This document shows, in pieces, positions 1-7,632 of a stretch of DNA of 45,927 bases (position 1 is the first letter of the stretch; each line of letters starts with the position of its first letter). Position numbers and translations under genes: made by a program. The stretch spans positions 1-45,927 of the forward strand of contig DAHXNN010000022.1 in NCBI GenBank assembly GCA_027365385.1, written 5' to 3'. The notes under the pieces are model-generated. The model saw only the letters and a list, made by a program, of their open reading frames with translations. It made no database searches and was not told the DNA's origin. Origin of the DNA: Acidimicrobiaceae bacterium (GTDB lineage: Bacteria; Actinomycetota; Acidimicrobiia; Acidimicrobiales; Bog-793).

Positions 1-129
1 GAGGTCGACGTCGAGGTGGCGGGAGTGAAGGTGACCTGCGAGCTCGACGACCTGCCGCCGGGGGCGACCACCGCGGTGACCGTGCTCGACCCGCCGCTCT
101 TCGCATCCGACGGCAGCGCTGTGCGATGA
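1..129 (+). CDS. 3' end of an upstream CDS entering from the left edge (beta-rich TOBE-like tail; possibly the ATPase of a molybdate-type ABC importer)
   Basis: Frame 1 is open from base 1 to TGA 127-129 (EVDVEVAGVKVTCELDDLPPGATTAVTVLDPPLFASDGSAVR*). The stop overlaps the next ATG (ATGA 126-129). The product guess rests only on 42 aa plus the Mo-cofactor context. Confidence 0.35.
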   Translation, partial: EVDVEVAGVKVTCELDDLPPGATTAVTVLDPPLFASDGSAVR

Positions 130-1208
130 GCTCTCCGCTCCGCTCCGCCCGGCTCGCCCGCTCGCTCTCCCAGCTCCAGCTCGCAGGGCTCGCGGGGGTC
201 AGCCGCCAGGCCATCGCCGCCGTCGAGGCCGGACGCTCGGAGCCGTCCCTGCGGCTCGCGCTCGCACTCGCTCGGGTGCTCGGCGTGGGCGTCGAAGATC
301 TCTTCGCCACCGAGAGCGCCCTCCCCGCGATCCGGGCCGAGCCTCTCGCCCCTCTCGGTCCGCAGGGGAGCCGTGTCGCGCTCGCCCCGCTCGCCGGGCG
401 CCTCGTCGCCGTGCCCCTCCACGCAGATGCCGGTGTGCGCTCGGGGTTCGCGCCCGCGGGTGGTCTCGTCGGTGCCCTCGCGGGCACCGTCCGTCCGGTC
501 GGAGCCGTCCGTCCGTGCGTCGTCGTCGCCGGTTGTGACCCGGCGCTCTCGCTGCTCGAGACACCCCTCGCGCTTCTCGACCCGCCGCTCGGTCTCCTGT
601 GGCGCTCGTGCGCGAGCGCCGACGCACTCGAGCTCGCGGCGCGAGGAATGGTCCACGCGGCGGGGACGCACGTGCGAGACCGCGGGGGTGGCGGCTACAA
701 CCACCGTGCGACCGAGCGCCTCGGACCCTCGAGCCAGCTCCTCGGCTTCTCGAGCTGGCGCCAGGGGCTCGTGCTGCGGCCCGACCTCGACGGCCGCGTC
801 ACGTGCGTCGGCGACATCGCCGCGCTCGGGCTGCGCCTCGCGAACCGGGAGCCGGGCAGCGAGGCGCGCGCGGTCCTCGACCGGGCCGCGGCGCACGACG
901 GCGTCGCGGTCCACGAGCTCGCCGGCAGCTCGAGCGAGGTCCACGGGCACCTTCAGGTCGCCGCCGCGATCGCCTCCGGCCTCGCCGACGCAGGGGTGGC
1001 GAGCGAGCCTGCCGCTCTCGCCTACGGCCTCGCCTTCGTGCCGCTCAGCACCGAGCGGTTCGACCTCGCGGTGCCACCCGTCCACGCCGACGCGCCCGAG
1101 GTCCGCGCGCTCACGACGGTGCTCGGCTCGCCGTGGCTGCGCAACCAGCTCGCGATGCTCCCCGGCTACGACGCCACGACCTGTGGCGCTACCGCCACGA
1201 GCCGGTGA
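126..1208 (+). CDS. XRE-type helix-turn-helix regulator with a C-terminal periplasmic-binding-protein-like (molybdate-binding-like) domain
   Basis: The N-terminus LRSARLARSLSQLQLAGLAGVSRQAIAAVEAGRSEPSLRLALALARVLGV is a classic XRE HTH. The ~280 aa C-terminal domain is typical of HTH+PBP_like regulators found next to Moco genes. It is coupled to both neighbours by 4-nt overlaps. Confidence 0.75.
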   Translation: MSSPLRSARLARSLSQLQLAGLAGVSRQAIAAVEAGRSEPSLRLALALARVLGVGVEDLFATESALPAIRAEPLAPLGPQGSRVALAPLAGRLVAVPLHADAGVRSGFAPAGGLVGALAGTVRPVGAVRPCVVVAGCDPALSLLETPLALLDPPLGLLWRSCASADALELAARGMVHAAGTHVRDRGGGGYNHRATERLGPSSQLLGFSSWRQGLVLRPDLDGRVTCVGDIAALGLRLANREPGSEARAVLDRAAAHDGVAVHELAGSSSEVHGHLQVAAAIASGLADAGVASEPAALAYGLAFVPLSTERFDLAVPPVHADAPEVRALTTVLGSPWLRNQLAMLPGYDATTCGATATSR

Positions 1209-1861
1209 CGGGGACCGGTCGGAGGCTGCCCGCCCACCCTGCCGGGCCGCGCGCCGGTCTCGCGGGCATCCTGCTCACCGGCGGCTCGAGCCGGCGCATG
1301 GGCCACGACAAGGCAGCGCTCCTCGTCGACGGCGAGCCGCTCGCCGGGCGGACCGCCCGGCTCCTCGAGCTCGTCGCGCTCCCGGTCCTCGAGGTCGGGC
1401 CGGGATGGACGACCCTCGACGCGACGTGCGAGGACCCTCCCGGAGGCGGACCGCTCGCGGCGGTCGCCGCCGGGGCCGCGGCCCTGCGCGAACGGGGTCA
1501 CGAGGGTCCGGCGCTCGTCGTCGCGTGTGACCTGCCGCTTCTCTCTGCGGAGCTCCTCGACGCGCTCGCGAGACGCCCCGGAGACGACTCGGTGCTCCCG
1601 GTCGTCGGTGGACGCCACCAGTCGCTGTGCGCGCGCTGGTCCGCGGCGGACCTCGGCGAGGCGTCCGCACGTCTCGGCCGGGGCGAGCGGTCGCTTCGGC
1701 ACCTGCCGGACCGGAACCGGGCGGAGCTGCTCGACGAGACGAGCTGGCCACCCGGCCTCGACGTCGGCCAGCTCGCGGACGTGGACACGCCGGACGACCT
1801 CGAGCGCCTCGCGGTCGACTGGCGTCCCGGCCGGCCGCGGCCGGCCGTGGGCCCGTCGTGA
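1205..1861 (+). CDS. mobA: molybdenum cofactor guanylyltransferase MobA
   Basis: GILLTGGSSRRMGHDKAAL nucleotide-binding motif and ACDLPLL motif. GTG 1205 overlaps the upstream stop (GTGA). The upstream 200 aa of track ORF 599..1861 is out-of-frame overlap with the regulator. Confidence 0.85.
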   Translation: MTGTGRRLPAHPAGPRAGLAGILLTGGSSRRMGHDKAALLVDGEPLAGRTARLLELVALPVLEVGPGWTTLDATCEDPPGGGPLAAVAAGAAALRERGHEGPALVVACDLPLLSAELLDALARRPGDDSVLPVVGGRHQSLCARWSAADLGEASARLGRGERSLRHLPDRNRAELLDETSWPPGLDVGQLADVDTPDDLERLAVDWRPGRPRPAVGPS

Positions 1862-1901
1862 GCTGGGCGGGCACGCTCGGCCCGACGCTACGCTCGGTGC
1901 C

Positions 1902-2384
1902 GTGCCCGCAGCCGCGACGAGCCCGGCAGGTGCCGACTGGGTGCTCGTCACCGACGATCCCCTGCCGGTCGCCGACGCCCTCTCGTGGGCCGTCGTCCCA
2001 CGTTGCGGGGCGGTCGTGACGTTCTGCGGCACCGTCCGCGACCACTCCGTGGGCCGGGACGGGGTCGAGCACCTCCACTACGAGTGCTACGAGGAGCACG
2101 CATCGGCGCGTCTCGCCGACGTCCTCGCCGACGCGCGGAGGCGTTGGCCCGTGCTCGGGCGCGTGGCGCTGCTCCACCGCACCGGCCACCTCGACCTCAA
2201 GGAGGTCTCCGTCGTCGTCGTCGCCTCGGCCCCCCACCGTGCCGAGGCCTTCGAGGCGGCGCGTCACTGCATCGACACTCTCAAGGCGACGGTGCCGATC
2301 TGGAAGCGCGAGACGTGGTCCGGCGGGTCGGACTGGGCATCGTGCTCCCGAGAGATCACCGAGGTGTCCGACGCCCCCCGCTGA
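1902..2384 (+). CDS. moaE: molybdopterin synthase catalytic subunit MoaE
   Basis: GAVVTFCGTVRDHS...HLHYECYEEHA...VVVASAPHRAEAFEAARHCIDTLKATVPIWKRE is the MoaE signature region. GTG 1902 is the first in-frame canonical start after the mobA stop. Confidence 0.85.
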   Translation: MPAAATSPAGADWVLVTDDPLPVADALSWAVVPRCGAVVTFCGTVRDHSVGRDGVEHLHYECYEEHASARLADVLADARRRWPVLGRVALLHRTGHLDLKEVSVVVVASAPHRAEAFEAARHCIDTLKATVPIWKRETWSGGSDWASCSREITEVSDAPR

Positions 2385-3720
2385 GCGCACGCCGCCCGCG
2401 CCCGACGCTCCTCTGCTCCCGCTCGCCGAGGCGAGGTCCCGGGTCCTCTCGGGCAGGCGCGCTCTCGCACCGCGTCCTCTCGCGCTTCGCGACGCGCTCG
2501 GCTGCGTCACTGCGGCTCCGGTGGTGGCCCGCGAGGCCGTGCCCCCGTTCGCGAACTCCGCGGTGGACGGCTACGCGCTGCGCGCCGCCGACACGGCGTC
2601 GGTCCCGGTGACCCTCGCTGTCGTCGGCTCGACCATGGCCGGCTCCTACCTCGACAGGGCCGTCGGGACCGGCGAGGCGGTGCGGATCATGACGGGCGCG
2701 CCATTGCCACCGGGCGCCGACGCTGTGTGCATGGTCGAGTGGACGACGACCTCCGCGAACGGTGCGCTCGTCACGCTCGGGCGCAGCGCCCGCCCGGGCG
2801 AGTCGATCCGGCACGCCGGGGAGGACGTCGTCGCCGGCCAGGAGGTGTTCCCGTCGGGGACGGTCCTCACGCCGGCGTGCCTCGGGGTGCTCGCGGGCAT
2901 CGGGGAGACGACGGTGCTCGCGGTCCCTCGCCCACGCGTCGGCGTGCTCTCGACAGGTGACGAGCTCTACGACGGCCCGGGACCGCTCCCGAGAGGAGCC
3001 ATCCGGGACTCGAACCGCCTCGCACTTCTCGCGACCGTCGGGCAATCGGGCTTCGACGCCCTCGACCTCGGCCTCGTCCGCGACGACGAGCGCGCCCTCA
3101 GGGCGGCGCTTCTCGACGGTGCGGCACGCTGCGACGCCCTGATGACCTCGGGCGGGGTGAGCGTCGGCGACCGAGACGTCGTCAAGGCCGTGCTCGAGGA
3201 GCTCTCCGGCGGCTCGATGCGCTGGATGCAGGTCGCAGTGCGTCCGGCCAAGCCCTTCGCGTTCGGCGAGATCGGCCCTGGTGCGGTACCGGTGTTCGGC
3301 CTACCGGGGAATCCCGTCTCCGCGATGGTCTCGTTCGAGCTCTACGCGCGGCCGGCGCTGCGCAAGATGGCAGGCCACGAGGTCCTCGGCCGGCCACAGG
3401 TCCTCGCGGTCGCGGACGAGGCTCTCGCCCGTCGCTCCGACGGCAAGCTCCACCTCGTGCGTGTCGTCGCACGGTACGCACCCGACGGCCTCGTCCACGT
3501 GAGGTCCGCGGGTGGCCAGGGCTCGCACCAGCTCCACGCGATGGCGCTCGCGAACGCTCTGGCGTTGCTGCCCGACGGCGCGGGTGTCACGCGCGGAGAC
3601 ACGGTCCATGCGATGCTGCTCGACCCGGGGACGGCGATGCCGCTCGATCCCTCCCTCCCGGACGCGCTCGACACGCTCGGTGCCGGCCCGGCGAGCCGGG
3701 CGAGCGGTGGCGCGCCATGA
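2239..3720 (+). CDS. moeA: molybdopterin molybdotransferase MoeA
   Basis: PPFANSAVDGYALR, TSGGVSVGDRD and GLPGNPVSAMVSFE motifs. Start is uncertain: GTG 2239 is the only canonical start upstream of the conserved N-terminus but overlaps moaE by 146 nt. Homology begins near CTG 2413. Confidence 0.85.
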   Translation: MPRPSRRRVTASTLSRRRCRSGSARRGPAGRTGHRAPERSPRCPTPPAERTPPAPDAPLLPLAEARSRVLSGRRALAPRPLALRDALGCVTAAPVVAREAVPPFANSAVDGYALRAADTASVPVTLAVVGSTMAGSYLDRAVGTGEAVRIMTGAPLPPGADAVCMVEWTTTSANGALVTLGRSARPGESIRHAGEDVVAGQEVFPSGTVLTPACLGVLAGIGETTVLAVPRPRVGVLSTGDELYDGPGPLPRGAIRDSNRLALLATVGQSGFDALDLGLVRDDERALRAALLDGAARCDALMTSGGVSVGDRDVVKAVLEELSGGSMRWMQVAVRPAKPFAFGEIGPGAVPVFGLPGNPVSAMVSFELYARPALRKMAGHEVLGRPQVLAVADEALARRSDGKLHLVRVVARYAPDGLVHVRSAGGQGSHQLHAMALANALALLPDGAGVTRGDTVHAMLLDPGTAMPLDPSLPDALDTLGAGPASRASGGAP

Positions 3721-4787
3721 GCGTCGCCGTCCCGGTGCGCCTCCGGAGCGACAGGGCGGGCCGCGGACTGGCTCCGGTGGCCGGCGAGATGCCGACGACC
3801 GGCCCGCTCGTCGACTCCTTCGGCAGAGTCCACACCGACGTGCGGATCTCGGTGACGGACCGGTGCAACTTGCGGTGCGTCTACTGCATACCCGAGGAAG
3901 GGATGACGTTCCTCCCCGGCGACGAGCTGCTCGGCGCCGACGAGCTGGTGCGCTTCGCGGAGGTCGTCCGCGGTCTCGGCATCACCTCGGTACGCATCAC
4001 CGGTGGAGAGCCGCTCGTGCGCCGTGGGGTCGTCGACCTCGTCGCACGCTTCGCGCGCGTCGGCTTCGAGGACCTCGCGCTCACGACGAACGGGACCGCG
4101 CTCGCGCCCGTCGCCGCCCGGCTCGCCGAGGCGGGCCTCCACCGGGTCAACGTCAGCTGCGACTCGCTCCGCCCCGAGCGGTTCGGGCAGATCCGGCGCC
4201 GGGGAGACCTCGCACGCGTGCTCGCCGCGATGGACGCAGCCGAGGCTGCGGGACTCGCTCCGCTCAAGGTGAACGTCGTCCTCGTCGCAGGCGTGAACGA
4301 CGACGAGGTGCTCGACTTCGCCGCGTTCGCACGCGACACGGGCCGCGTGGTGCGCTTCATCGAATACATGCCCCTCGACGCCGACGCGACCTGGCGCCGC
4401 GAGCAGGTGGTGCCTGCGTCGGAGGTCCTCGCGCTCGTCACCGGCCGGTGGCCGCTCGAGGCCGTCGCGGTGCCCGGCGGCGACCCGGCGCCGGCGACCC
4501 GCTACCGCTTCGCCGACGGCCGTGGCGAGATCGGCGTCGTCGCGAGCGTCACCCAGCCGTTCTGCGGGACGTGCAATCGCTTGCGGCTGACCGCAGAAGG
4601 CTCGGTCCGCAACTGCCTGTTCTCCGACGACGAGCTGAACGTGCGTCACGTCCTTGCCCGCGGAGGCGGCGACGCCGAGCTCGAGATGCTCGTCCGCACG
4701 GCGGTCTGGGCAAAGCGGGCCGGGCACGGCATGGACGACCCGGGCTTCCTGCGCCCGAGACGGTCCATGTCGATGATCGGCGGCTAG
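3717..4787 (+). CDS. moaA: GTP 3',8-cyclase MoaA (radical SAM)
   Basis: CNLRCVYC radical-SAM cluster motif, C-terminal CGTCNRLRLTAEG second cluster motif, terminal GG. ATGA overlap with the moeA stop. Confidence 0.95.
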   Translation: MSVAVPVRLRSDRAGRGLAPVAGEMPTTGPLVDSFGRVHTDVRISVTDRCNLRCVYCIPEEGMTFLPGDELLGADELVRFAEVVRGLGITSVRITGGEPLVRRGVVDLVARFARVGFEDLALTTNGTALAPVAARLAEAGLHRVNVSCDSLRPERFGQIRRRGDLARVLAAMDAAEAAGLAPLKVNVVLVAGVNDDEVLDFAAFARDTGRVVRFIEYMPLDADATWRREQVVPASEVLALVTGRWPLEAVAVPGGDPAPATRYRFADGRGEIGVVASVTQPFCGTCNRLRLTAEGSVRNCLFSDDELNVRHVLARGGGDAELEMLVRTAVWAKRAGHGMDDPGFLRPRRSMSMIGG

Positions 4788-4792
4788 CCCAC

Positions 4793-5029
4793 ATGGCGCG
4801 GCTCCGGCTGCTCGGACCGGCACGGGACGCCGCGGGCACCGCTCGCGCCGACGTGCCTGGAGCGACGGTCGGCGAGGTCCTCGACCACGCGCGCGCTCGC
4901 TTCGGCGAGCGCTTCGCCGTGGTCCTCGAGCACTCCGCCACGTGGCTGAACGGCGCGCCGGCGGCACGCGACGAGAGCGTCGGCGAGGACGACGAGGTCG
5001 CCGTGCTGCCACCGGTCTCCGGGGGCTGA
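4793..5029 (+). CDS. moaD: molybdopterin synthase sulfur-carrier subunit MoaD
   Basis: 78 aa, ThiS/MoaD-like, ending ...VAVLPPVSGG*. Starts 5 nt after the moaA stop. Embedded in the long artefactual track ORF 3512..5029. Confidence 0.85.
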   Translation: MARLRLLGPARDAAGTARADVPGATVGEVLDHARARFGERFAVVLEHSATWLNGAPAARDESVGEDDEVAVLPPVSGG

Positions 5030-5049
5030 GGGTCCAGCGACAGCGTCGC

Positions 5050-5514
5050 TCAGTGCGGGAGGCCCCCGGCCATGAGCTCGAGCGCGTGCGCGAGGACGTC
5101 CGCCACCGCTTCGAAGGACTCGACCGCTCCCGCGGGTGACCCGGGGACGTTGAGGACGAGACAGGTCCCGAGCGTCCCCGCGACGCCCCGCGACAGCCGG
5201 CCGAGAGGGCTGGCGGCGCGCATCGCCTCCGCGAGCCCCGGCGCGTACCGGTCGAGGACCCGGGACGTCGCCTCGGGCGTGACGTCCGACGGAGCGAAGC
5301 CCGTGCCGCCCGTCGTGACGAGGAGGCCCGCGAACGCCTCCGCGAGCTCGGCGACGGCATCGGCGACCGGCTCCAGGCCGTCCGCGACGACACGCCAGCC
5401 GACGACAGTGAACCCGTGCGCCTCGAGCGCGGCGGCGAGCTCCGGACCGGAGCGGTCGTCCCGCTCGCCCGCGGCCGTCGAGGTCGAGACCGTCAGGATC
5501 TTCGCGTCCGGCAC
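5050..5514 (-). CDS. moaB: molybdenum cofactor biosynthesis protein MoaB/MogA family
   Basis: LLVTTGGTGFAPSDVTPEA and LVLNVPGSPAGA motifs of the MoaB/MogA fold. Confidence 0.9.
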   Translation of the reverse strand: MPDAKILTVSTSTAAGERDDRSGPELAAALEAHGFTVVGWRVVADGLEPVADAVAELAEAFAGLLVTTGGTGFAPSDVTPEATSRVLDRYAPGLAEAMRAASPLGRLSRGVAGTLGTCLVLNVPGSPAGAVESFEAVADVLAHALELMAGGLPH

Positions 5515-5594
5515 CTGGACGACGCTACCGGCGCGCCACGGCGCCCGGCCAGGGCTGGGCTCGTTGCCACCGGCGCGCGCTCTGCACTATCACT

Positions 5595-6233
5595 TTGGAC
5601 GTGATCCTCGACCACGTCGGTTGGCGAAGCCTCGTCGAGTCTGCCGCGGGCGCCTTCGCCAGTCTCTGCGCGCCCGTCGAAGCGAGCCGCTGGCAGGGGC
5701 CGGGGCTAGGAGAGTGGACGCTACGCGACCTCGCGGGACACACGAGCCGCGCACTGCTCACCGTGGAGATGTACCTCGCCCGTGAGCCGGCACCAGTCAC
5801 GCTCGACGGTCCCGTCGCCTACCTCGCAGCAGCCGCGGAGGCGAGCGGCACCGACGAAGGGAGCTCGGGCATCGCGGCCCGCGGGCGGGACGCGGGCGTC
5901 GCGCTCGGCAGCGACGTCCCTACGGCGATACGCGCGATAGTCGACCGCGTGCTTTCCCTCGTCGACCGGACGTCGGACGACGCCCCGTGCGCGACGCCGT
6001 TCGGGGGGATCAGGCTCTCCGACTACCTTCCCACGCGGACGCTCGAGCTCACAGTCCACTCCCTCGACCTCGCGTCGGCACTCGGCACGCCAGTGCCCGA
6101 CGACCTCCGGGACCCGGTCGCCGCGTGCCTCGAGCTGGTCGCGGCCAGCGTCGGCGCCAGCAGCCTCGGGCCGGACGTCCTCCTCGCTCTCACGGGCAGG
6201 CACGCACTCCCCGAGGGCCTTCACGTCGTCTGA
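5595..6233 (+). CDS. DinB-like / mycothiol-dependent maleylpyruvate-isomerase-N-domain family protein
   Basis: N-terminal W..GPGLGEWTLRDLAGHTSRAL pattern typical of the TIGR03083-type DinB fold. TTG start at 5595 (GTG 5601 is an alternative). Confidence 0.65.
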   Translation: MDVILDHVGWRSLVESAAGAFASLCAPVEASRWQGPGLGEWTLRDLAGHTSRALLTVEMYLAREPAPVTLDGPVAYLAAAAEASGTDEGSSGIAARGRDAGVALGSDVPTAIRAIVDRVLSLVDRTSDDAPCATPFGGIRLSDYLPTRTLELTVHSLDLASALGTPVPDDLRDPVAACLELVAASVGASSLGPDVLLALTGRHALPEGLHVV

Positions 6234-6303
6234 CCGGGGGACCAACGTCGCCTCGCCGTCGGGCCGGACGCCGCTGCGGAGGGGCCGGACGCCGGTCGTC
6301 GAC

Positions 6304-7287
6304 CTACCAGCGGTTGTGGACCTGCGCCGCGACCCTCTCCCTATAGACGACCGCGAGCCGCTCGAGGGTCGCCTCGTCTAGCGGTCCGCGGTCACCGGCG
6401 ACTGCGTTGTCCCGGGCCTGCTCAGGCGTCCGCGCGCCGGGAATGACAGTGGACACGGCCGGGTCGGACAGGCAGAAGCGCAGCGCGAGGCCGGCGAGCG
6501 TCTCGCCGGCCGGGACGAGGCCGCGCAGCTCCTCGACGACAGCAAGGCCGGTCTCGAGGTCGACACCCGCGAACGTCTCTCCGACGTCGAACGACTCGCC
6601 GTGGCGGTTGAACGCACGGTGGTCGTCGGCGGCGAATGCCGTGTCCTTCGTGATCTTGCCGGTGAGCAGACCCGAGGCGAGAGGGACGCGGACGATGACG
6701 CCGACGTCGGCGGCCCGCGCCGCGGGGAAGAAACGCTCGGCGGGCCGCTGGCGGAAGACGTTGTAGATGATCTGCACGGTCGCGACGCCCGGGTAGTCGA
6801 TCGCCTTCAGGGCCTCCTCGACGCGCTCGACGCTCACGCCGTAGTGGGCGACCGCGCCCGACGCGACGAGGTCGTCGAGCGCTGCGAACACCTCCGCGTG
6901 GTAGAAGAGGTCGGTAGGCGGGCAGTGGAGCTGGACGAGGTCGAGGGTTGCCATCTCGAGGTTCTCCCGGCTGCGGTCGACCCACGCCACCAGGTTCTCC
7001 GGTGTGTAGTGCCTCACCTCCTGGGCAGGCGCGCGCCGGCCTGCCTTCGTCGCGACGACGATCGGGACGTCGACCTCGCGGCGCAGCCGTGCGACGAGGC
7101 GCTCGCTCCGGCCGTCGCCGTAGACGTCTGCCGTGTCGAAGAAGCGCACTCCCGACGCGACCGCCGCGTGCAGGGCCGCGAGAGAGGTCTCGTCGTCGAC
7201 GCTCCCCCACGAGCCACCGATCGCCCATGCCCCGAAGCCGACGACGCTCACGTCGAAGCCTGTCTTGCCCAACCTCCGTGTCTCCAT
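6304..7287 (-). CDS. aldo/keto reductase
   Basis: METRRLGKTGFDVSVVGFGAWAIGG...FFDTADVYGDGRSE...LDLVQLH... is the AKR family pattern. Only the last 327 codons of track ORF 6304..8241 are real; the rest runs antisense through kdpF/kdpA. Confidence 0.9.
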   Translation of the reverse strand: METRRLGKTGFDVSVVGFGAWAIGGSWGSVDDETSLAALHAAVASGVRFFDTADVYGDGRSERLVARLRREVDVPIVVATKAGRRAPAQEVRHYTPENLVAWVDRSRENLEMATLDLVQLHCPPTDLFYHAEVFAALDDLVASGAVAHYGVSVERVEEALKAIDYPGVATVQIIYNVFRQRPAERFFPAARAADVGVIVRVPLASGLLTGKITKDTAFAADDHRAFNRHGESFDVGETFAGVDLETGLAVVEELRGLVPAGETLAGLALRFCLSDPAVSTVIPGARTPEQARDNAVAGDRGPLDEATLERLAVVYRERVAAQVHNRW

Positions 7288-7358
7288 GTCGCCAACGCTA
7301 GTCAGCGCGGCCCGCTCTCGTTGTCGACACAGTCCAGCCCTAGGCACGAGCCGTCCCT

Positions 7359-7397
7359 CGACGCGGGCCAGCCGTCGACGCGGGCCAGCCGTCGACG
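7359..7397. repeat. 17-bp perfect tandem duplication (CGACGCGGGCCAGCCGT x2, plus partial third copy) in the AKR/kdp divergent intergenic region
   Basis: Read directly: 7359-7375 and 7376-7392 are identical, followed by CGACG. Confidence 0.9.
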
Positions 7398-7400
7398 AAC

Positions 7401-7456
7401 TGTTAACGCGACAGGACGAGCCGTTGACATCTCGTTGACGCCCCCGGCGCCAGAGT
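7401..7456 (+). promoter_or_regulatory. candidate kdp control region: helically phased YGTTRAC repeats (possible KdpE boxes) plus a -10-like CAGAGT
   Basis: TGTTAAC (7401-07), CGTTGAC (7422-28) and CGTTGAC (7433-39) have start-to-start spacings of 21 and 11 bp. CAGAGT (7451-56) ends 6 nt before ATG 7463, the geometry of a leaderless transcript. Confidence 0.35.
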
Positions 7457-7462
7457 GCAGCC

Positions 7463-7546
7463 ATGGGTGATCTGCTCGCAGTGATAGGCATCGTCGTCTT
7501 CACGGCCGCGATGCTCGGCCTCGTCTGGGCGTTGGAGCGGGTATGA
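7463..7546 (+). CDS. 27-aa hydrophobic miniprotein, KdpF-like, first cistron of the kdp operon (absent from the ORF track)
   Basis: ATG 7463 ... TGA 7544-46 encodes MGDLLAVIGIVVFTAAMLGLVWALERV, a single predicted TM helix. Its stop overlaps the kdpF ATG (ATGA 7543-46). Confidence 0.5.
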   Translation: MGDLLAVIGIVVFTAAMLGLVWALERV

Positions 7547-7632
7547 CCGCGGTCCAGGCCGTCCTGCTCGTCGTGTCCGTCGTCCTCTTCGCGTACCTCG
7601 GCGTCGCGATGTTCAAGCCGGAGTGGTTCTAG
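7543..7632 (+). CDS. kdpF: K+-transporting ATPase subunit F
   Basis: 29 aa, MTAVQAVLLVVSVVLFAYLGVAMFKPEWF. Matches the KdpF pattern (hydrophobic helix, then Y-L-x-x-A-x-x-x-P-E-x-F). The stop TAG 7630-32 abuts the kdpA ATG 7633. Not in the ORF track. Confidence 0.85.
   Translation: MTAVQAVLLVVSVVLFAYLGVAMFKPEWF

Noticed and set aside
3600-3800. Moco riboswitch in front of moaA or elsewhere in the Moco cluster
   Set aside because: The genes are joined by overlaps or gaps of at most 40 nt, leaving no leader long enough. Any Moco RNA element would have to lie upstream of the window.
3342-5393. 683-aa ORF on the - strand across moeA/moaA/moaD
   Set aside because: It is antisense or out of frame to four recognisable Moco genes. 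The product is low-complexity and Arg/Ser/Pro-rich.
7288-7462. c-di-AMP (ydaO/kimA-type) riboswitch upstream of kdp
   Set aside because: I looked for one because kdp is c-di-AMP-regulated in some Gram-positives and disA is nearby. I could not recognise the pseudo-twofold conserved cores, and the region is better explained by repeats plus promoter elements. A cmsearch with RF00379 would settle it.
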